A stretch of 64,000 nucleotides of DNA from Candidatus Bathyarchaeia archaeon (GCA_050010755.1 JBEKKK010000001.1:736001-800000), one strand, 5' to 3'; shown: positions 9,316 through 19,875, numbered from the stretch's first letter. Translations and numbers: made by a program. Notes: generated by a model from the sequence alone, not told the origin.

Positions 9316-10758
9316 TCAGTATGCTCTTGCGAAGTAGACGGCTTCGCTGGCCTTTTCGCCACAGTGGACGCATCTTGAAGATGGATCCCTTTGTTCTGCG
9401 GATATCACTCTGATAGTGGCACCTGTCTCTTCCTTTATTTTCTGCTCACACTTGGAATCGCCGCACCATGAGGCTTTTATGAATCCGCCTTTCTCCTTCA
9501 GAACTTCTTTGAACTCGTCGTAGGTTTTCACGGTGGTGATGCTCTGCTCCAGAAGCTTTTTGGCTTTTTCCAGCAGGGCGTTCTGAATTTCTTCAAGCAA
9601 CTTGGTCACCGTTGTCACGGCCTCTTCTTCTTTTACGGTGGTCTTCTCATGGTTGTCTCGTCTGGCTAATGTCACTTGTTTGTGTTGCAGGTCTCGAGGA
9701 CCTATCTCTATCCTTATCGGCACTCCTTTGAGTTCCCACGCGTTGAATTTCCATCCCGGCGTGTATTCTTGGCGATCGTCCAACACGACTTCCACTCTGT
9801 TCTTCTGCAGATCTCCAAAGAGTTGCTTGGCCTTCGTGAGTATCAGTTCAGCATCAGAGTTTCTGTAGGGGATTGGGACTATTACAACCTGTACGGGCGC
9901 TATCCTTGGAGGCAGTACTAGTCCCTTGTCGTCGCCGTGGACCATCACTGCGGCGCCTATCATTCGGGTGGACATTCCCCAAGATGTCTGCCAAACATAG
10001 CGTTCTTTTTCCTGTTCGTCCAGAAATTTGATGTCGAAGACCTTGGAGAAATGCTGTCCGAGGTTGTGCGAAGTCCCCATTTGCAGTGCTTTACCGTCGG
10101 GCATCATGGCTTCAAGCGCCAGCGTGTAGAGGGCCCCAGCAAATTTCTCTTGTTCTGTTTTCTTTCCAGCGAGTACAGGGATGGCTAGGTAATTCTCCAT
10201 TATGTCCTTGTAGTCCCCTAGAATCTGCATGGCTTCCAAGTCTGCTTCTTCTTGAGTGGCGTGGGCCGTGTGTCCTTCTTGCCAGAGAAACTCTCTCGTA
10301 CGCAGGAACAATCTTGTGGCTTCGGTTTCCCACCTGACGACGCTGCACCACTGGTTCAGTTTGATGGGTAGGTCTCTCCAGCTTCTGACCCATTTTCCAT
10401 ACGTCGCATAGATGATTGTTTCAGAAGTTGGTCGTACGGCAAGCCTCTCTTCGAGCGGAGTGTTACCGCCCATCGTGACCCATGCGACTTCGGGCACGAA
10501 CCCCTCGAAGTGTTCCGCCTCTTTCTTCAAGAAACTTTCAGGTATGAAGAGTGGAAAGTACACGTTCTTGTGCCCTGTTGCTTTTATTTTCTTGTTAAAG
10601 GCTTCTTGGATTTTTTCCCAGATGGCGTAAGAGTGCTCACGGAAAATCATGCACCCTTTGACCGGAGCGTAGTCGGCTAACCCGGATTTTAGAACGACTT
10701 GAACGTACCACTCTGAGAAGTCTTCGGTTTTCTTAACTGTTATTCCCATATCTGACAT
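9316..10758 (-). CDS. proS: prolyl-tRNA synthetase, archaeal/eukaryotic type
   Basis: DFSEWY, VRPTSET, FLRTREFLWQEGHT, QMGTSHNLGQ, C-terminal Zn domain ending FARAY. Confidence 0.98.
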   Translation of the reverse strand: MSDMGITVKKTEDFSEWYVQVVLKSGLADYAPVKGCMIFREHSYAIWEKIQEAFNKKIKATGHKNVYFPLFIPESFLKKEAEHFEGFVPEVAWVTMGGNTPLEERLAVRPTSETIIYATYGKWVRSWRDLPIKLNQWCSVVRWETEATRLFLRTREFLWQEGHTAHATQEEADLEAMQILGDYKDIMENYLAIPVLAGKKTEQEKFAGALYTLALEAMMPDGKALQMGTSHNLGQHFSKVFDIKFLDEQEKERYVWQTSWGMSTRMIGAAVMVHGDDKGLVLPPRIAPVQVVIVPIPYRNSDAELILTKAKQLFGDLQKNRVEVVLDDRQEYTPGWKFNAWELKGVPIRIEIGPRDLQHKQVTLARRDNHEKTTVKEEEAVTTVTKLLEEIQNALLEKAKKLLEQSITTVKTYDEFKEVLKEKGGFIKASWCGDSKCEQKIKEETGATIRVISAEQRDPSSRCVHCGEKASEAVYFARAY

Positions 10759-10936
10759 TCGAATCTCTTCCTTCGTTTTCTGCTAGTTGAAACAATTTTC
10801 GCAAAACAAATCCTATTCTGGGCCGACGTTGCAAGAATCTAGCTTTGTGGAAGGCAATCGCCCATTTTCAACCACTTTCTAGCAAGTTAGGAAGAGAAAC
10901 TATTAAACATTTTCTTTGCGGGTTCTGTTAACTTGT

Positions 10937-11086
10937 GGCGCGCGAGGCGTGCCCCCCCCTTTTTCTGTGGTAACAACCGTGGTAATGTTGTGTGGTAACA
11001 ATGCATGTTGAAATTCTAAAAGAAAACGCCTCTATGGGGTTTGGGTGTTTTCGTTGGTAACAACCGTGGTAACACTGCTTGGTACC
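10937..11086. repeat. intergenic iteron-like array: two triplets of TGGTAA next to a C8/T5 run and GCGCGCG
   Basis: TGGTAA at 10968, 10980, 10993 and 11055, 11067, with TGGTAC at 11080; TGGTAACAACCGTGGTAA occurs twice, 87 bp apart. Confidence 0.85.
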
Positions 11087-11215
11087 GAGTGGAGCGCTGA
11101 GTCTTGCCAAGCCCTGTTATTTGGGAACATGTATGCGCGCTGGATGCGCAAGTGTTTTAACCGTTGCTGTCCAAGATTTAGTGCGTTCTGATTTGAGATA
11201 AGGTGGGGATCAGGT

Positions 11216-12457
11216 TTGGGGGTTGTTTTGGTTATCGCAGATGGGATGGCTGACAGGCCTATTAATGAACTGGGATGGAAAACTCCCTTGGAAGCAGCAT
11301 GTAGGCCCACGTTGAATCGGCTGGCTGAATCGGGCGTGAGTGGTATACTGGATCCTATAGCTCCTGGCATACCGCCGGGAACGGATACTGCTACTTTGGC
11401 GTTGCTTGGGTATGACTCTTTGCGAGTTTACACAGGCAGGGGTGCCTTAGAAGCTGTAGGTTCAGGTGTAGAGGTTCTGCCTGGGGATGTGGCGTTCAGG
11501 TGCAATTTTGCAACGGTGGACAAGAACCTTGTCGTTCTGGATAGAAGGGCGGGCAGAATCGCGAATGAGGATGCCGCCAAATTGGCTGAGAGTTTGCAGA
11601 GGGTCAAGCTTAAGAATTCTCTTAATGTTGAGTTCTTTTTCAAAAACACTGTTCAACACCGTACGGCTCTGGTCATCCGCGGACACAGCCTATCAACGGC
11701 CATAAGCGACTCAGACCCGGAAGTAGCTGGGAAGCCTGTTTTGGAAGTGAAGCCTATGGTCGATCTTCAAGAAGCCAGGCGCACGGCCAGAATCGTCAAC
11801 GAGTTGACACGAGAGTTTCACAAGGTTTTGGAGAAACACCCGGTTAACAAGAAACGTGCAGAACGCAAGCAACCGGTGGCAAACATGATCCTGTGCAGAG
11901 GGGCGGGCACGATTCCCAAGATAAGCCCTCTTTCCGAAGTCTTCGGAATCAAGTCTGCATGCGTTGCTGCTGTCCCCCTGATAAGGGGTATCTGCAAGGT
12001 TGCTGGCATGAAGATCATCAACGTCAAAGGCGCTACAGGCACGGTTCAAACAGACTATATGGCCAAAGCCAGAGCCGCGGTCGAAGCGCTGAAAACCAAT
12101 GATTTTGTGCTCGTACACGTGAAGGCCACTGATGTTGCTAGCCACGATGGAAATTTCAAGCTGAAGATTGAAGTCGTGCAGAAGATTGACGAGATGCTCC
12201 GCTTCATGCTTGACAACTCAAACTTGGATTCGACATTCATGGCCGTCACTGCTGATCACTCGACTTCATGCCTAACCGGGAACCATGTTGGAGATCCCGT
12301 TCCCGTAGTGATTAGCGGACCGTGCGTTCGCAGGGACGGTGTTGTCGAGTTTGGAGAAAGATCATGCGCCGAAGGCGGCTTGAACAGGATAAGAGGCGTG
12401 GATCTGATGCACATCCTGATGGACTTGATGGGTAAAACAAGAAAGTTTGGAGCCTGA
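11216..12457 (+). CDS. apgM: 2,3-bisphosphoglycerate-independent phosphoglycerate mutase, archaeal type
   Basis: ADGMADRP, KTPLEAA, YTGRGALEA, DRRAGRI, KATDVASHDG, TADHST. Confidence 0.92.
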   Translation: MGVVLVIADGMADRPINELGWKTPLEAACRPTLNRLAESGVSGILDPIAPGIPPGTDTATLALLGYDSLRVYTGRGALEAVGSGVEVLPGDVAFRCNFATVDKNLVVLDRRAGRIANEDAAKLAESLQRVKLKNSLNVEFFFKNTVQHRTALVIRGHSLSTAISDSDPEVAGKPVLEVKPMVDLQEARRTARIVNELTREFHKVLEKHPVNKKRAERKQPVANMILCRGAGTIPKISPLSEVFGIKSACVAAVPLIRGICKVAGMKIINVKGATGTVQTDYMAKARAAVEALKTNDFVLVHVKATDVASHDGNFKLKIEVVQKIDEMLRFMLDNSNLDSTFMAVTADHSTSCLTGNHVGDPVPVVISGPCVRRDGVVEFGERSCAEGGLNRIRGVDLMHILMDLMGKTRKFGA

Positions 12458-12460
12458 GCC

Positions 12461-13585
12461 TTACCGGACGGGCATCAGCTGCCATTCTCTGTAATCTGTC
12501 ATCACTCTAATGTAACCCTTCAACATCTCATCCACTTCAGCGTCGCCGGTGTCGACCCTCAAGATTTTTCCGTCAATACTCTGAAGTTTGCTCTTAGTTG
12601 CCAAAACTATTACCCGCTCTTTTCCGACACGCCTTATAATTTCTGGGCTTATTTGCTGATTTCCCCTTCCAAAGATTATTCCTTGATGCCCTATTGGCGA
12701 GACCACAATCCACGTGTTTTGCCAGCTGCCAACTTGCCTCACGATTTCTTCTTCATCCACGTCGAGAATCACGTTGCCATCCTTGTAGAGGTCCACCCCG
12801 AGAAGTGTTTTTCCGACGCCGAGCAATTCGGCGACGCTTTTCACGGTTGTTCCTGGACCAAGAATCCACGTTGCTCCTGATTGCTTCTCCTCCATTAGAA
12901 ACTTCGCAATTGCTGTTTGATTTTCTTTTTCGTCCGTCGTTTCTGGGCTTATCTGCTTGCTTCCTTGTATTTGAGCGGGCAGAAAAGGCCCCTTCATGTA
13001 ACCACGAAGCTTGACAGCGAAGGAGTCATTTCGCACACTTTTTTCGTCTGCGTCCATGATTTCAAATTCTGCTATTTCCGTCTCTTTTTTCGCGAAGGCC
13101 GATACGATATCTGAGGCGTCTGCTGGACTCACCGCAAAAATACCGCTGTACATCTTCACACCTGCTGGAACGCCTAAAACTGGCAGCTCTCCGTAGACTT
13201 GCTGTGCATCGAGAATGTCCTCGGCCGTACCGTCTCCTCCAACAAAAACCATCAAATCTACTCTTGCATCTATTAACAGCTTAACAGCCAGCTTCGTATC
13301 TTCAGCGGACGTTTTACTACCAATCTTCATGGGCAACGTCTTAGCTGGAAAACCTGCCGCTTCCGTCTCTTCTTTTCCCATGATCCCAGGGCAGGTGAGA
13401 ATATCAATCTTGACTTCTGTCAAATTCACCTCAAGTTTCTTCAGAAATTCTTTCGCTCTTGCGGGCGCCACACTGTGTGCTCCTTTATTCAGAGCTTCCT
13501 GTAGAACGTTGTCAGTTCCCTTAAGACCAACCTTGCCACCCATCCCTGCGATCGGGTTCACGATCAAGCCCAGCTTCATCGTCAA
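12461..13585 (-). CDS. ATP-NAD kinase-family protein
   Basis: VNPIAGMGG, GGDGTAED, PAGVKMYSG, GRGNQQISP. Confidence 0.88.
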   Translation of the reverse strand: MTMKLGLIVNPIAGMGGKVGLKGTDNVLQEALNKGAHSVAPARAKEFLKKLEVNLTEVKIDILTCPGIMGKEETEAAGFPAKTLPMKIGSKTSAEDTKLAVKLLIDARVDLMVFVGGDGTAEDILDAQQVYGELPVLGVPAGVKMYSGIFAVSPADASDIVSAFAKKETEIAEFEIMDADEKSVRNDSFAVKLRGYMKGPFLPAQIQGSKQISPETTDEKENQTAIAKFLMEEKQSGATWILGPGTTVKSVAELLGVGKTLLGVDLYKDGNVILDVDEEEIVRQVGSWQNTWIVVSPIGHQGIIFGRGNQQISPEIIRRVGKERVIVLATKSKLQSIDGKILRVDTGDAEVDEMLKGYIRVMTDYREWQLMPVR

Positions 13586-13784
13586 TCACCCATGAAATTT
13601 GCTTCCCACACTATAAACCATTATCACAGAATCCAACATGATCTTGAAACGTTAACAACAACTTCTCCAAGGTTTGGAATAACGGTACGACTAGTAAATG
13701 GGTGATACGAAAGAATCTTTTGATTTGAAAATTCTTATAAGCCGAAATTCTAAACGCTTGAAGAGGAGAATAGGGGGTCATGAA

Positions 13785-14762
13785 ATGCCGATCAAGAAGA
13801 TGAAGAGTATTCTGGTTACTGGCGCTACCGGTCAGATTGGTTCAGAGTTAACATTAGAGTTGCGGAAAAAATACGGCAGCGGCAACGTTGTTGCCGTGGG
13901 ACACGTTAAGAAGCCCAGCGACAAGCTGTTCAAGTCAGGCCCGTTTGAAACCGTTGACCTGAATGAAAAAGCTGAGATAGAAAAGACCGTGAAAAGGTAT
14001 GATGTTGACACGATATACCATCTGGCTGCGATCCTTTCGGCTACTGGTGAGCAGAACCCGCAGCTTGCTTGGAACGTGAACATGGGAAGTCTTTCCAATG
14101 TGCTCGAGGTCGCCAGAGAGCAAGGATTGACAAGGGTTTTTTGGCCGAGTTCCATCGCGGTTTTCAGTCCGCCAGCCCCTCGAATTAACGCTCCTCAGGA
14201 AACCATATTGATTCCTGGAACAATGTACGGGGTCACTAAAGTTGCTGGCGAGCTTCTGTGCAATTACTATTTCAACCGCTTCTGTTTAGACGTTCGAAGC
14301 GTCAGGTACCCAGGCATCATAAGCAGCGAAGTCCTTCCAGGAGGCGGAACCACGGATTATGCCGTAGCGATTTTCTACGAGGCACTAAAAAACAAGCACT
14401 ACACGTGCTTCGTGAGAGAGGACACGGTTCTGCCGATGATGTACATGCCGGACTGCATAAGGGCCACAATTGAGTTGATGGAGGCTGACCCGTCCGGGAT
14501 CAAACGTCACGACGGCTACAACGTGGCGGGAACCAGTTTTTCTGCAGGCGAGCTTGCTGCCGAAATCAAGAAGTACATTTCAGAATTCAGGTGCGACTAC
14601 AAGCCTGACTTCAGACAGAAAATAGCGGATTCGTGGCCGATGTCAATCGACGACAGCGTGGCTCGCAAAGAATGGGGCTGGAAACCCCGGTACGATTTGG
14701 CGGCGATGACGAAGGACATGATAGAGAAACTATCAAGGCGCTATTCTGAGGGTAAGCTGTGA
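13785..14762 (+). CDS. tdh: L-threonine 3-dehydrogenase, SDR/epimerase type
   Basis: TGATGQIG, YHLAAILSATGE, YGVTK, PGGGTTDYA, QKIADSWP; adjacent to kbl; start moved from 13698 to MPIKK. Confidence 0.88.
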   Translation: MPIKKMKSILVTGATGQIGSELTLELRKKYGSGNVVAVGHVKKPSDKLFKSGPFETVDLNEKAEIEKTVKRYDVDTIYHLAAILSATGEQNPQLAWNVNMGSLSNVLEVAREQGLTRVFWPSSIAVFSPPAPRINAPQETILIPGTMYGVTKVAGELLCNYYFNRFCLDVRSVRYPGIISSEVLPGGGTTDYAVAIFYEALKNKHYTCFVREDTVLPMMYMPDCIRATIELMEADPSGIKRHDGYNVAGTSFSAGELAAEIKKYISEFRCDYKPDFRQKIADSWPMSIDDSVARKEWGWKPRYDLAAMTKDMIEKLSRRYSEGKL

Positions 14763-14823
14763 GAAAGAACTGGTTCAGCCAGAAAGGGTTAAGAGAAGGA
14801 GTGCCCGACTAGGAAAAAGAGGC

Positions 14824-16026
14824 ATGATGAAAATGCGTGATCCCACGGGGTTTTTGCGAGAAGAGTATCAGGATCTTGTCAAGAACGCGCTCGATTGGAA
14901 GATAAGGGTTCTTGAGGGCCCAAGTTCACCATGGTGCATGGTTGACGGAAAAAAAGTTCTGATGTTTTGCTCCAACAACTATCTCGGTCTGAGCAATCAC
15001 CCTCGGCTGAAGGAAGCCGCGACGAAAGCAATTCAGACTCATGGTGCCGGCTCAGGTTCCGTTCGCCCCATAGCGGGAACGATGGATATTCACATTGAGC
15101 TTGAGAAGCGGCTTGCGAAATTCAAGCACGCAGAAGCTTCATTGGTCTATCAGACTGGTTTTGCCGCTAACGCGGGCCTGATTCCTCAGTTGGTCGGAAA
15201 AGAGGATTTGATAATAAGTGATGAGCTCAACCACGGCAGCATAATCGATGGTGTCCGACTGGCCCACGGTGAAAGAGCAGTTTACAAGCATTCTAACATG
15301 CAGGATCTGCAACGCGTCTTGGAAGAAGCAGAAAAACATTCGCCGCCTTACAGGCGAATCCTGATTATAACGGACGGTGTCTTCTCTATGGACGGCGACA
15401 TTGCACCTCTAGACGAAATAGCCAAACTCGGCGCGGAACACGGCGTAATGGTGTATGTTGATGACGCTCACGGTGAGGGTGTCCTCGGCGAAGGTGGCAG
15501 GGGCATCGTTTCGCATTTCAAGCTCGGCCGAGACAGGGTTCAAGTGGAGATGGGCACGTTCTCGAAGGCTTTCGGCGTCGTCGGCGGACACGTTTCAGGC
15601 TCCAAAGATCTTTATAGCTTTGCCTATAACAAATCTCGAACTTGGCTGCTCAGCGGATCGCATCCTCCGCCAGTGGCTGCGGCGTGCATCGCCGCAATTG
15701 ACGTTCTGGAGAGCGAACCGCAACACGTGAAGACGTTGTGGGATCACACCAGATATTTCAAGAAGGCAATGAAAGACCTAGGGTTTGACACTGGAAACAG
15801 TCAAACTCCTATCACACCCATAATAGTCGGTGAGAGCGGCGTGGCGAAGAAGTTTAGTTCACGGCTCTTCGAGGAAAGCGTGTTTGCGTTGTCGATAGTG
15901 TTTCCAATGGTTGCGAGAGACAAGGCGAGGATAAGGACTATCATGAACGCTGCTTTGACGCGGAAAGACGTGGACGTCGCCATTGGGGCCTTCGAAAAGA
16001 TTGGAAAGGAGCTTCACATAATCTAG
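14824..16026 (+). CDS. kbl: glycine C-acetyltransferase (2-amino-3-ketobutyrate CoA ligase)
   Basis: CSNNYLGL, DELNHGSIIDG, DGVFSMDGD, DDAHG, GTFSKAFG; follows tdh. Confidence 0.9.
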   Translation: MMKMRDPTGFLREEYQDLVKNALDWKIRVLEGPSSPWCMVDGKKVLMFCSNNYLGLSNHPRLKEAATKAIQTHGAGSGSVRPIAGTMDIHIELEKRLAKFKHAEASLVYQTGFAANAGLIPQLVGKEDLIISDELNHGSIIDGVRLAHGERAVYKHSNMQDLQRVLEEAEKHSPPYRRILIITDGVFSMDGDIAPLDEIAKLGAEHGVMVYVDDAHGEGVLGEGGRGIVSHFKLGRDRVQVEMGTFSKAFGVVGGHVSGSKDLYSFAYNKSRTWLLSGSHPPPVAAACIAAIDVLESEPQHVKTLWDHTRYFKKAMKDLGFDTGNSQTPITPIIVGESGVAKKFSSRLFEESVFALSIVFPMVARDKARIRTIMNAALTRKDVDVAIGAFEKIGKELHII

Positions 16027-17894
16027 TCGCAGCTTATTCTTTCCAAGGCTTTTTCAACGTCTCCGAGTCCGAGTTTTCTCAGGATTTTCGCTGTTGGTAT
16101 GCCGTTCTTGTCCCAGCCAACCGCCTTGTAATACCTGTGTTTGTACTCTTCAACCTCGACCTTGTCTGCAGCCTTGCCTTTGTAGGGTCCGCTGGGCAGC
16201 GGTTTGTAGAATTTTTCGGGATTGTCATCGTGGATTTTCGGGTTCCATTTCACGTCTGGACCTCCCAACAGTAGCATCGTCCTCTGAAGTTGCAATATCC
16301 TCAGGGCTTTAGTGAAGCACCATTCTCTCCGGGTGAGGCTCACTCCTGTGACAGCCTTGTAGAAGTCGAACTTGAGGTTCCGCGACCCACCGAAACCGTT
16401 GAAGGCGCAATAGACTCCTGAATCGTTGAATATCTGCATTGTTTCTCCGCCCCCGTCGAGTGGGAGGCTTGCCAGAGACGTGTGATCTCCGCATTGCACT
16501 GAGCAAGCGTAGGAAATGATATCGGCAAAGTCTTGACCACTACGGATGCCGTGGGCGCCTATGCTTATACCCTTGGATTGCACCGCATAGGGCAGCAGAT
16601 CCATCTTCTTTTGCTTTCCGATCTTCAACGCCGCACGATACGTCCCCTCAGCTAACGTTTCTCCAATGTTTTCTCTATAGGCAATTCTCTCGGCTAGGGT
16701 TGCGAAAGCTTCGGTATCTCCCCATTTGAGTTCCAAGCCGTCCAAATCTTTCTTGGTCAATATTCCTTCTTGAAAGAGCTCTGCAGCAAAGCCCATGACA
16801 TTGCCCGTCTGTATGCCGCACATGCCTAGATCATCAAGCAGAGATGCGAGAAACACGTTTTCTTCGGGCACGAATATTCCTAGGTTTGGACCTAAGTACG
16901 CCTGCATTTCATAATCAGGATTGTCGGTTATAGCACCCTTGAATTTTCCATTCTTCACGACTGCAAGTTTCAGACAAGTGGTTGGACATCCGAAATCGCC
17001 CCAGTACGGTTTCACCCAGAGCCTGTTCTCAAACTTGTCAACCCCATACCCCTTCTCGTCGTGCCATTCCTCCTGCCAGTTGCGTATGGGTTCCGAGCTG
17101 GTTTTGTTTCCGAAATTGTACCCTCCCCCTCCGGTTCCCCAGCGCCTCCACAGCTCCCCTTCGAAGACGCCGCTGCACACTGCGTCCATGAGCCTTTTCA
17201 CTTTTTTGATGTCCGACACTTCAGGCAAGGGTCCAGTGCCCTTCGCAACCACTGCCTTGAGTTTTTTCGAACCCATGACAGCGCCGTAGCCGCCGTAGCC
17301 TGCAGCGTGTGCCCATTTAGTGCAGACAATCGCTGTGCGCACCTTGTTTTCTCCCGCAGGGCCCACGTACAGCATTGCAGGTTCCTTCCATTCTCCATAC
17401 TTGGGATAACGCGTCTTCAGAAGCCCCCTGCACTCTCTGGTAAGCGCTGAAACAGTTTGCTTTCCGTCTTTGCCCCAGGCATCACTTGCGCTTCTCAATT
17501 CAACGTCGGAGTCCTTGAGAAACAGGTATACTGGCTTCTCCGATTCGCCGGACACTATTATTCCGTCGTACCCTGCGCATCTTAATTCAACACCAAATTC
17601 TCCGGAAAGGGTGGAACCTACAACACCGTTGCTTTGAGGAGACTTGCCTGACACGCACGTTCTCGCTCCTGGATAGAACCCTGTGAGAGGCCCAGTCATG
17701 AGGAGGAGCAGGTTTTCTGGTCCCAGTGGATCTACCATTTCCCATTTGGATCCCAACCGGTCCCAGAGGATCTTTGTTGCCAGTCCTCTGCCTCCAATGT
17801 AATCATTCAGAATTTTATCGCTGAACTTTGTCTCCTTAATGGCCTGCGTCGAAAGGTCGACGTCTAAGAACTTGCCTGCATACCCAAGAGTCAC
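16023..17894 (-). CDS. tungsten aldehyde:ferredoxin oxidoreductase family, large subunit
   Basis: GGRGLA, GKSPQ, GYGAVMGSKKLKA, GCPTTC, YYKAVGWD. Confidence 0.92.
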   Translation of the reverse strand: MTLGYAGKFLDVDLSTQAIKETKFSDKILNDYIGGRGLATKILWDRLGSKWEMVDPLGPENLLLLMTGPLTGFYPGARTCVSGKSPQSNGVVGSTLSGEFGVELRCAGYDGIIVSGESEKPVYLFLKDSDVELRSASDAWGKDGKQTVSALTRECRGLLKTRYPKYGEWKEPAMLYVGPAGENKVRTAIVCTKWAHAAGYGGYGAVMGSKKLKAVVAKGTGPLPEVSDIKKVKRLMDAVCSGVFEGELWRRWGTGGGGYNFGNKTSSEPIRNWQEEWHDEKGYGVDKFENRLWVKPYWGDFGCPTTCLKLAVVKNGKFKGAITDNPDYEMQAYLGPNLGIFVPEENVFLASLLDDLGMCGIQTGNVMGFAAELFQEGILTKKDLDGLELKWGDTEAFATLAERIAYRENIGETLAEGTYRAALKIGKQKKMDLLPYAVQSKGISIGAHGIRSGQDFADIISYACSVQCGDHTSLASLPLDGGGETMQIFNDSGVYCAFNGFGGSRNLKFDFYKAVTGVSLTRREWCFTKALRILQLQRTMLLLGGPDVKWNPKIHDDNPEKFYKPLPSGPYKGKAADKVEVEEYKHRYYKAVGWDKNGIPTAKILRKLGLGDVEKALERISCD

Positions 17895-18460
17895 AGGTAA
17901 TCTCCTCCTGCTTCTCCATAAATTTTCGCAGCTAAATCCTTAGTTATCTCTTCCGGTTTCCGAGCGTAGAGCTTGTAGGGCTCGTTTCCCCTCTCAACTA
18001 CCCTGAGGACGTTCCAACTTCCTTCCTGACAAACTTTGACACACTGGGGTTTCCCGTTGCATAAGTCGCAGATTACGATGTGCTTCTCTTTTGGATGCAT
18101 GTGAGGAACCCTGCCTGGACAAGCGCCAAAACACTGTCCACAGGCCGTGCAAGTTTCGTTGTTCACCAGCACCGCACCTGTCTTATTGCTTACTGACAGG
18201 GCTTTCACGGGACATGATTTCACGCAGGGATAGTCTTCGCATTGAGCGCAGAGGTGCGGAAATTCCAGTCCAGGGACAAGCATGAACACCCTCACTCTGG
18301 AAGCATCTGGCCAAATTCGATTTTCATGCGATAGCGAGCAGGCTATCTCGCATCTTCTGCATCCGCTGCATTTAGACAGGTCTCGGGCTATCCATATGGG
18401 TTCTTTTCTAGTCGGCAAACATTGTGCCTCTTGGAAATTCGTTGAATTTTCCTTAGTCAA
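17891..18460 (-). CDS. 4Fe-4S dicluster protein, probable AOR small subunit
   Basis: CSGCRRCEIAC, CAQCEDYPCVKSCP, CTACGQCFGACP, CDLCNGKPQC; overlaps AOR start. Confidence 0.92.
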   Translation of the reverse strand: MTKENSTNFQEAQCLPTRKEPIWIARDLSKCSGCRRCEIACSLSHENRIWPDASRVRVFMLVPGLEFPHLCAQCEDYPCVKSCPVKALSVSNKTGAVLVNNETCTACGQCFGACPGRVPHMHPKEKHIVICDLCNGKPQCVKVCQEGSWNVLRVVERGNEPYKLYARKPEEITKDLAAKIYGEAGGDYL

Positions 18461-18478
18461 TGGTGTGATTTAAGGATG

Positions 18479-18495
18479 GTGTAACATTGTTACAC
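18479..18495. promoter_or_regulatory. perfect palindrome GTGTAACA-T-TGTTACAC, candidate operator
   Basis: 8-1-8 dyad in the divergent region between the Fe-S/AOR operon and endoQ. Confidence 0.5.
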
Positions 18496-18591
18496 TTCAC
18501 AGATTATCCAGCAGTCAGTTCGCACCAAGAAATTTCGCGATAACCTAATAATGTCGAACCTGACAAGGGATGCGGGAGGGCAGAGGGACGC

Positions 18592-19875
18592 TTGAGGGTA
18601 ATAGCCGACTTCCACATGCACAGCCGTTACAGCATGGCGACGAGCGAAAGAATGTGCATCAAGGAGATTAATCGTTTTGCAAAGATTAAGGGTCTAAAGG
18701 TTGTGGGCACGGGGGATTTCACGCATCCGAAGTGGCTTCAAGAGCTGAGTGAGACGCTGGTTCCTGAACCAGATTCAAACCTGTACAAGTCGGTCTCAGA
18801 TGACAATTCGACCGTGCGTTTCATCGTTACGACTGAAGTCAACACCGTCTTTGCAGCCAAGACTGGATTTAAGAAAGTTCACCACGTCATTCTGACGCCG
18901 AGCTTGGAAACCGCGGGACAAATTAATGATAGACTGGCAAAATACGGTAATCTGGCTTCAGACGGCAGGCCAACCCTGGACGTTAACGCGGCGCATCTGG
19001 TTGAGGAGGTCATGGAAGTTTCAGCTGACAACATGGTTTTCCCCGCTCACGCATGGACGCCTTGGTTCGGTATTTTCGGTGCTTTCAGCGGTTTCAACAC
19101 CATCCAAGAATGCTACGAGGACATGGCTAGGCACATCTATGCTTTGGAAACCGGTCTTTCATCAGACCCGCCTATGAACTGGAGGCTGAGCGGCCTTGAC
19201 AGGTTTACGCTGGTTTCGAACAGTGACAGCCACAGTTTCTGGCCGTGGCGCATCGGAAGAGAGGCAAACGTCTTCGAACTTGAGAAGCCAGATTATCATG
19301 AAATGCTGGGTGCCATCCGTACAAAAGATACGGCACGATTAAAGTTTACGATAGAAACAGACCCTGCTTATGGCAAGTATCATTGGACCGGCCACAGAAA
19401 CTGCAATGTGTCGCTCTCGCCGCAGGAGGCAGCGAAGCTTGGAAACATCTGCCCAGTTTGCCGCAGAAACCTCACTAAAGGCGTTGAGCAACGTGTTGAA
19501 GAGCTTGCTGACCGCCCGGCGAATTTTAAGCCTGAAAACACCCCCGGGTTCGTGCGTCTGCTTCCGCTCTCGGAAATCATTGCCACATCATTAGGAGTTG
19601 ATTCACCATCCTCTGAGAAGGTGTGGGGCGTTTACAACCCGCTCATAGAGAGATTCGGGGACGAGTACTCCGTTCTGATTGATCGTTCGAGAGACGAACT
19701 GAGCTCCGTTGCGGGTGAACAGCTGGCCGAGGCAATACTGCGTGTTCGAGACGGGAAGGCCAGGGTTGTCCCTGGTTTCGATGGCGTTTATGGGCAACTT
19801 GTTCTTGATGAGAAGGCGCATGGTCAAATCTTGCCGAAAAGAGTTCAACAGTTGAATCTAAATGATTTCGTATAA
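18592..19875 (+). CDS. endoQ: endonuclease Q (PHP domain, Zn finger, C-terminal PIP box)
   Basis: DFHMHSRYS, GTGDFTHP, PAHAWTPW, ETGLSSD, SNSDSHS, GKYHWTGHRNC...CPVC, PGFDGVYG, QLNLNDF. Confidence 0.9.
   Translation: MRVIADFHMHSRYSMATSERMCIKEINRFAKIKGLKVVGTGDFTHPKWLQELSETLVPEPDSNLYKSVSDDNSTVRFIVTTEVNTVFAAKTGFKKVHHVILTPSLETAGQINDRLAKYGNLASDGRPTLDVNAAHLVEEVMEVSADNMVFPAHAWTPWFGIFGAFSGFNTIQECYEDMARHIYALETGLSSDPPMNWRLSGLDRFTLVSNSDSHSFWPWRIGREANVFELEKPDYHEMLGAIRTKDTARLKFTIETDPAYGKYHWTGHRNCNVSLSPQEAAKLGNICPVCRRNLTKGVEQRVEELADRPANFKPENTPGFVRLLPLSEIIATSLGVDSPSSEKVWGVYNPLIERFGDEYSVLIDRSRDELSSVAGEQLAEAILRVRDGKARVVPGFDGVYGQLVLDEKAHGQILPKRVQQLNLNDFV
19846..19859 (+). repeat. attL core CAACAGTTGAATCT within the endoQ 3' end
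   Basis: identical to 35336-35349; extends to 20/24. Confidence 0.88.

Noticed and set aside
10928-11370. Short ORFs with repeated YHGCY peptides
   Set aside because: By-product of the TGGTAA DNA repeats or antisense to apgM.
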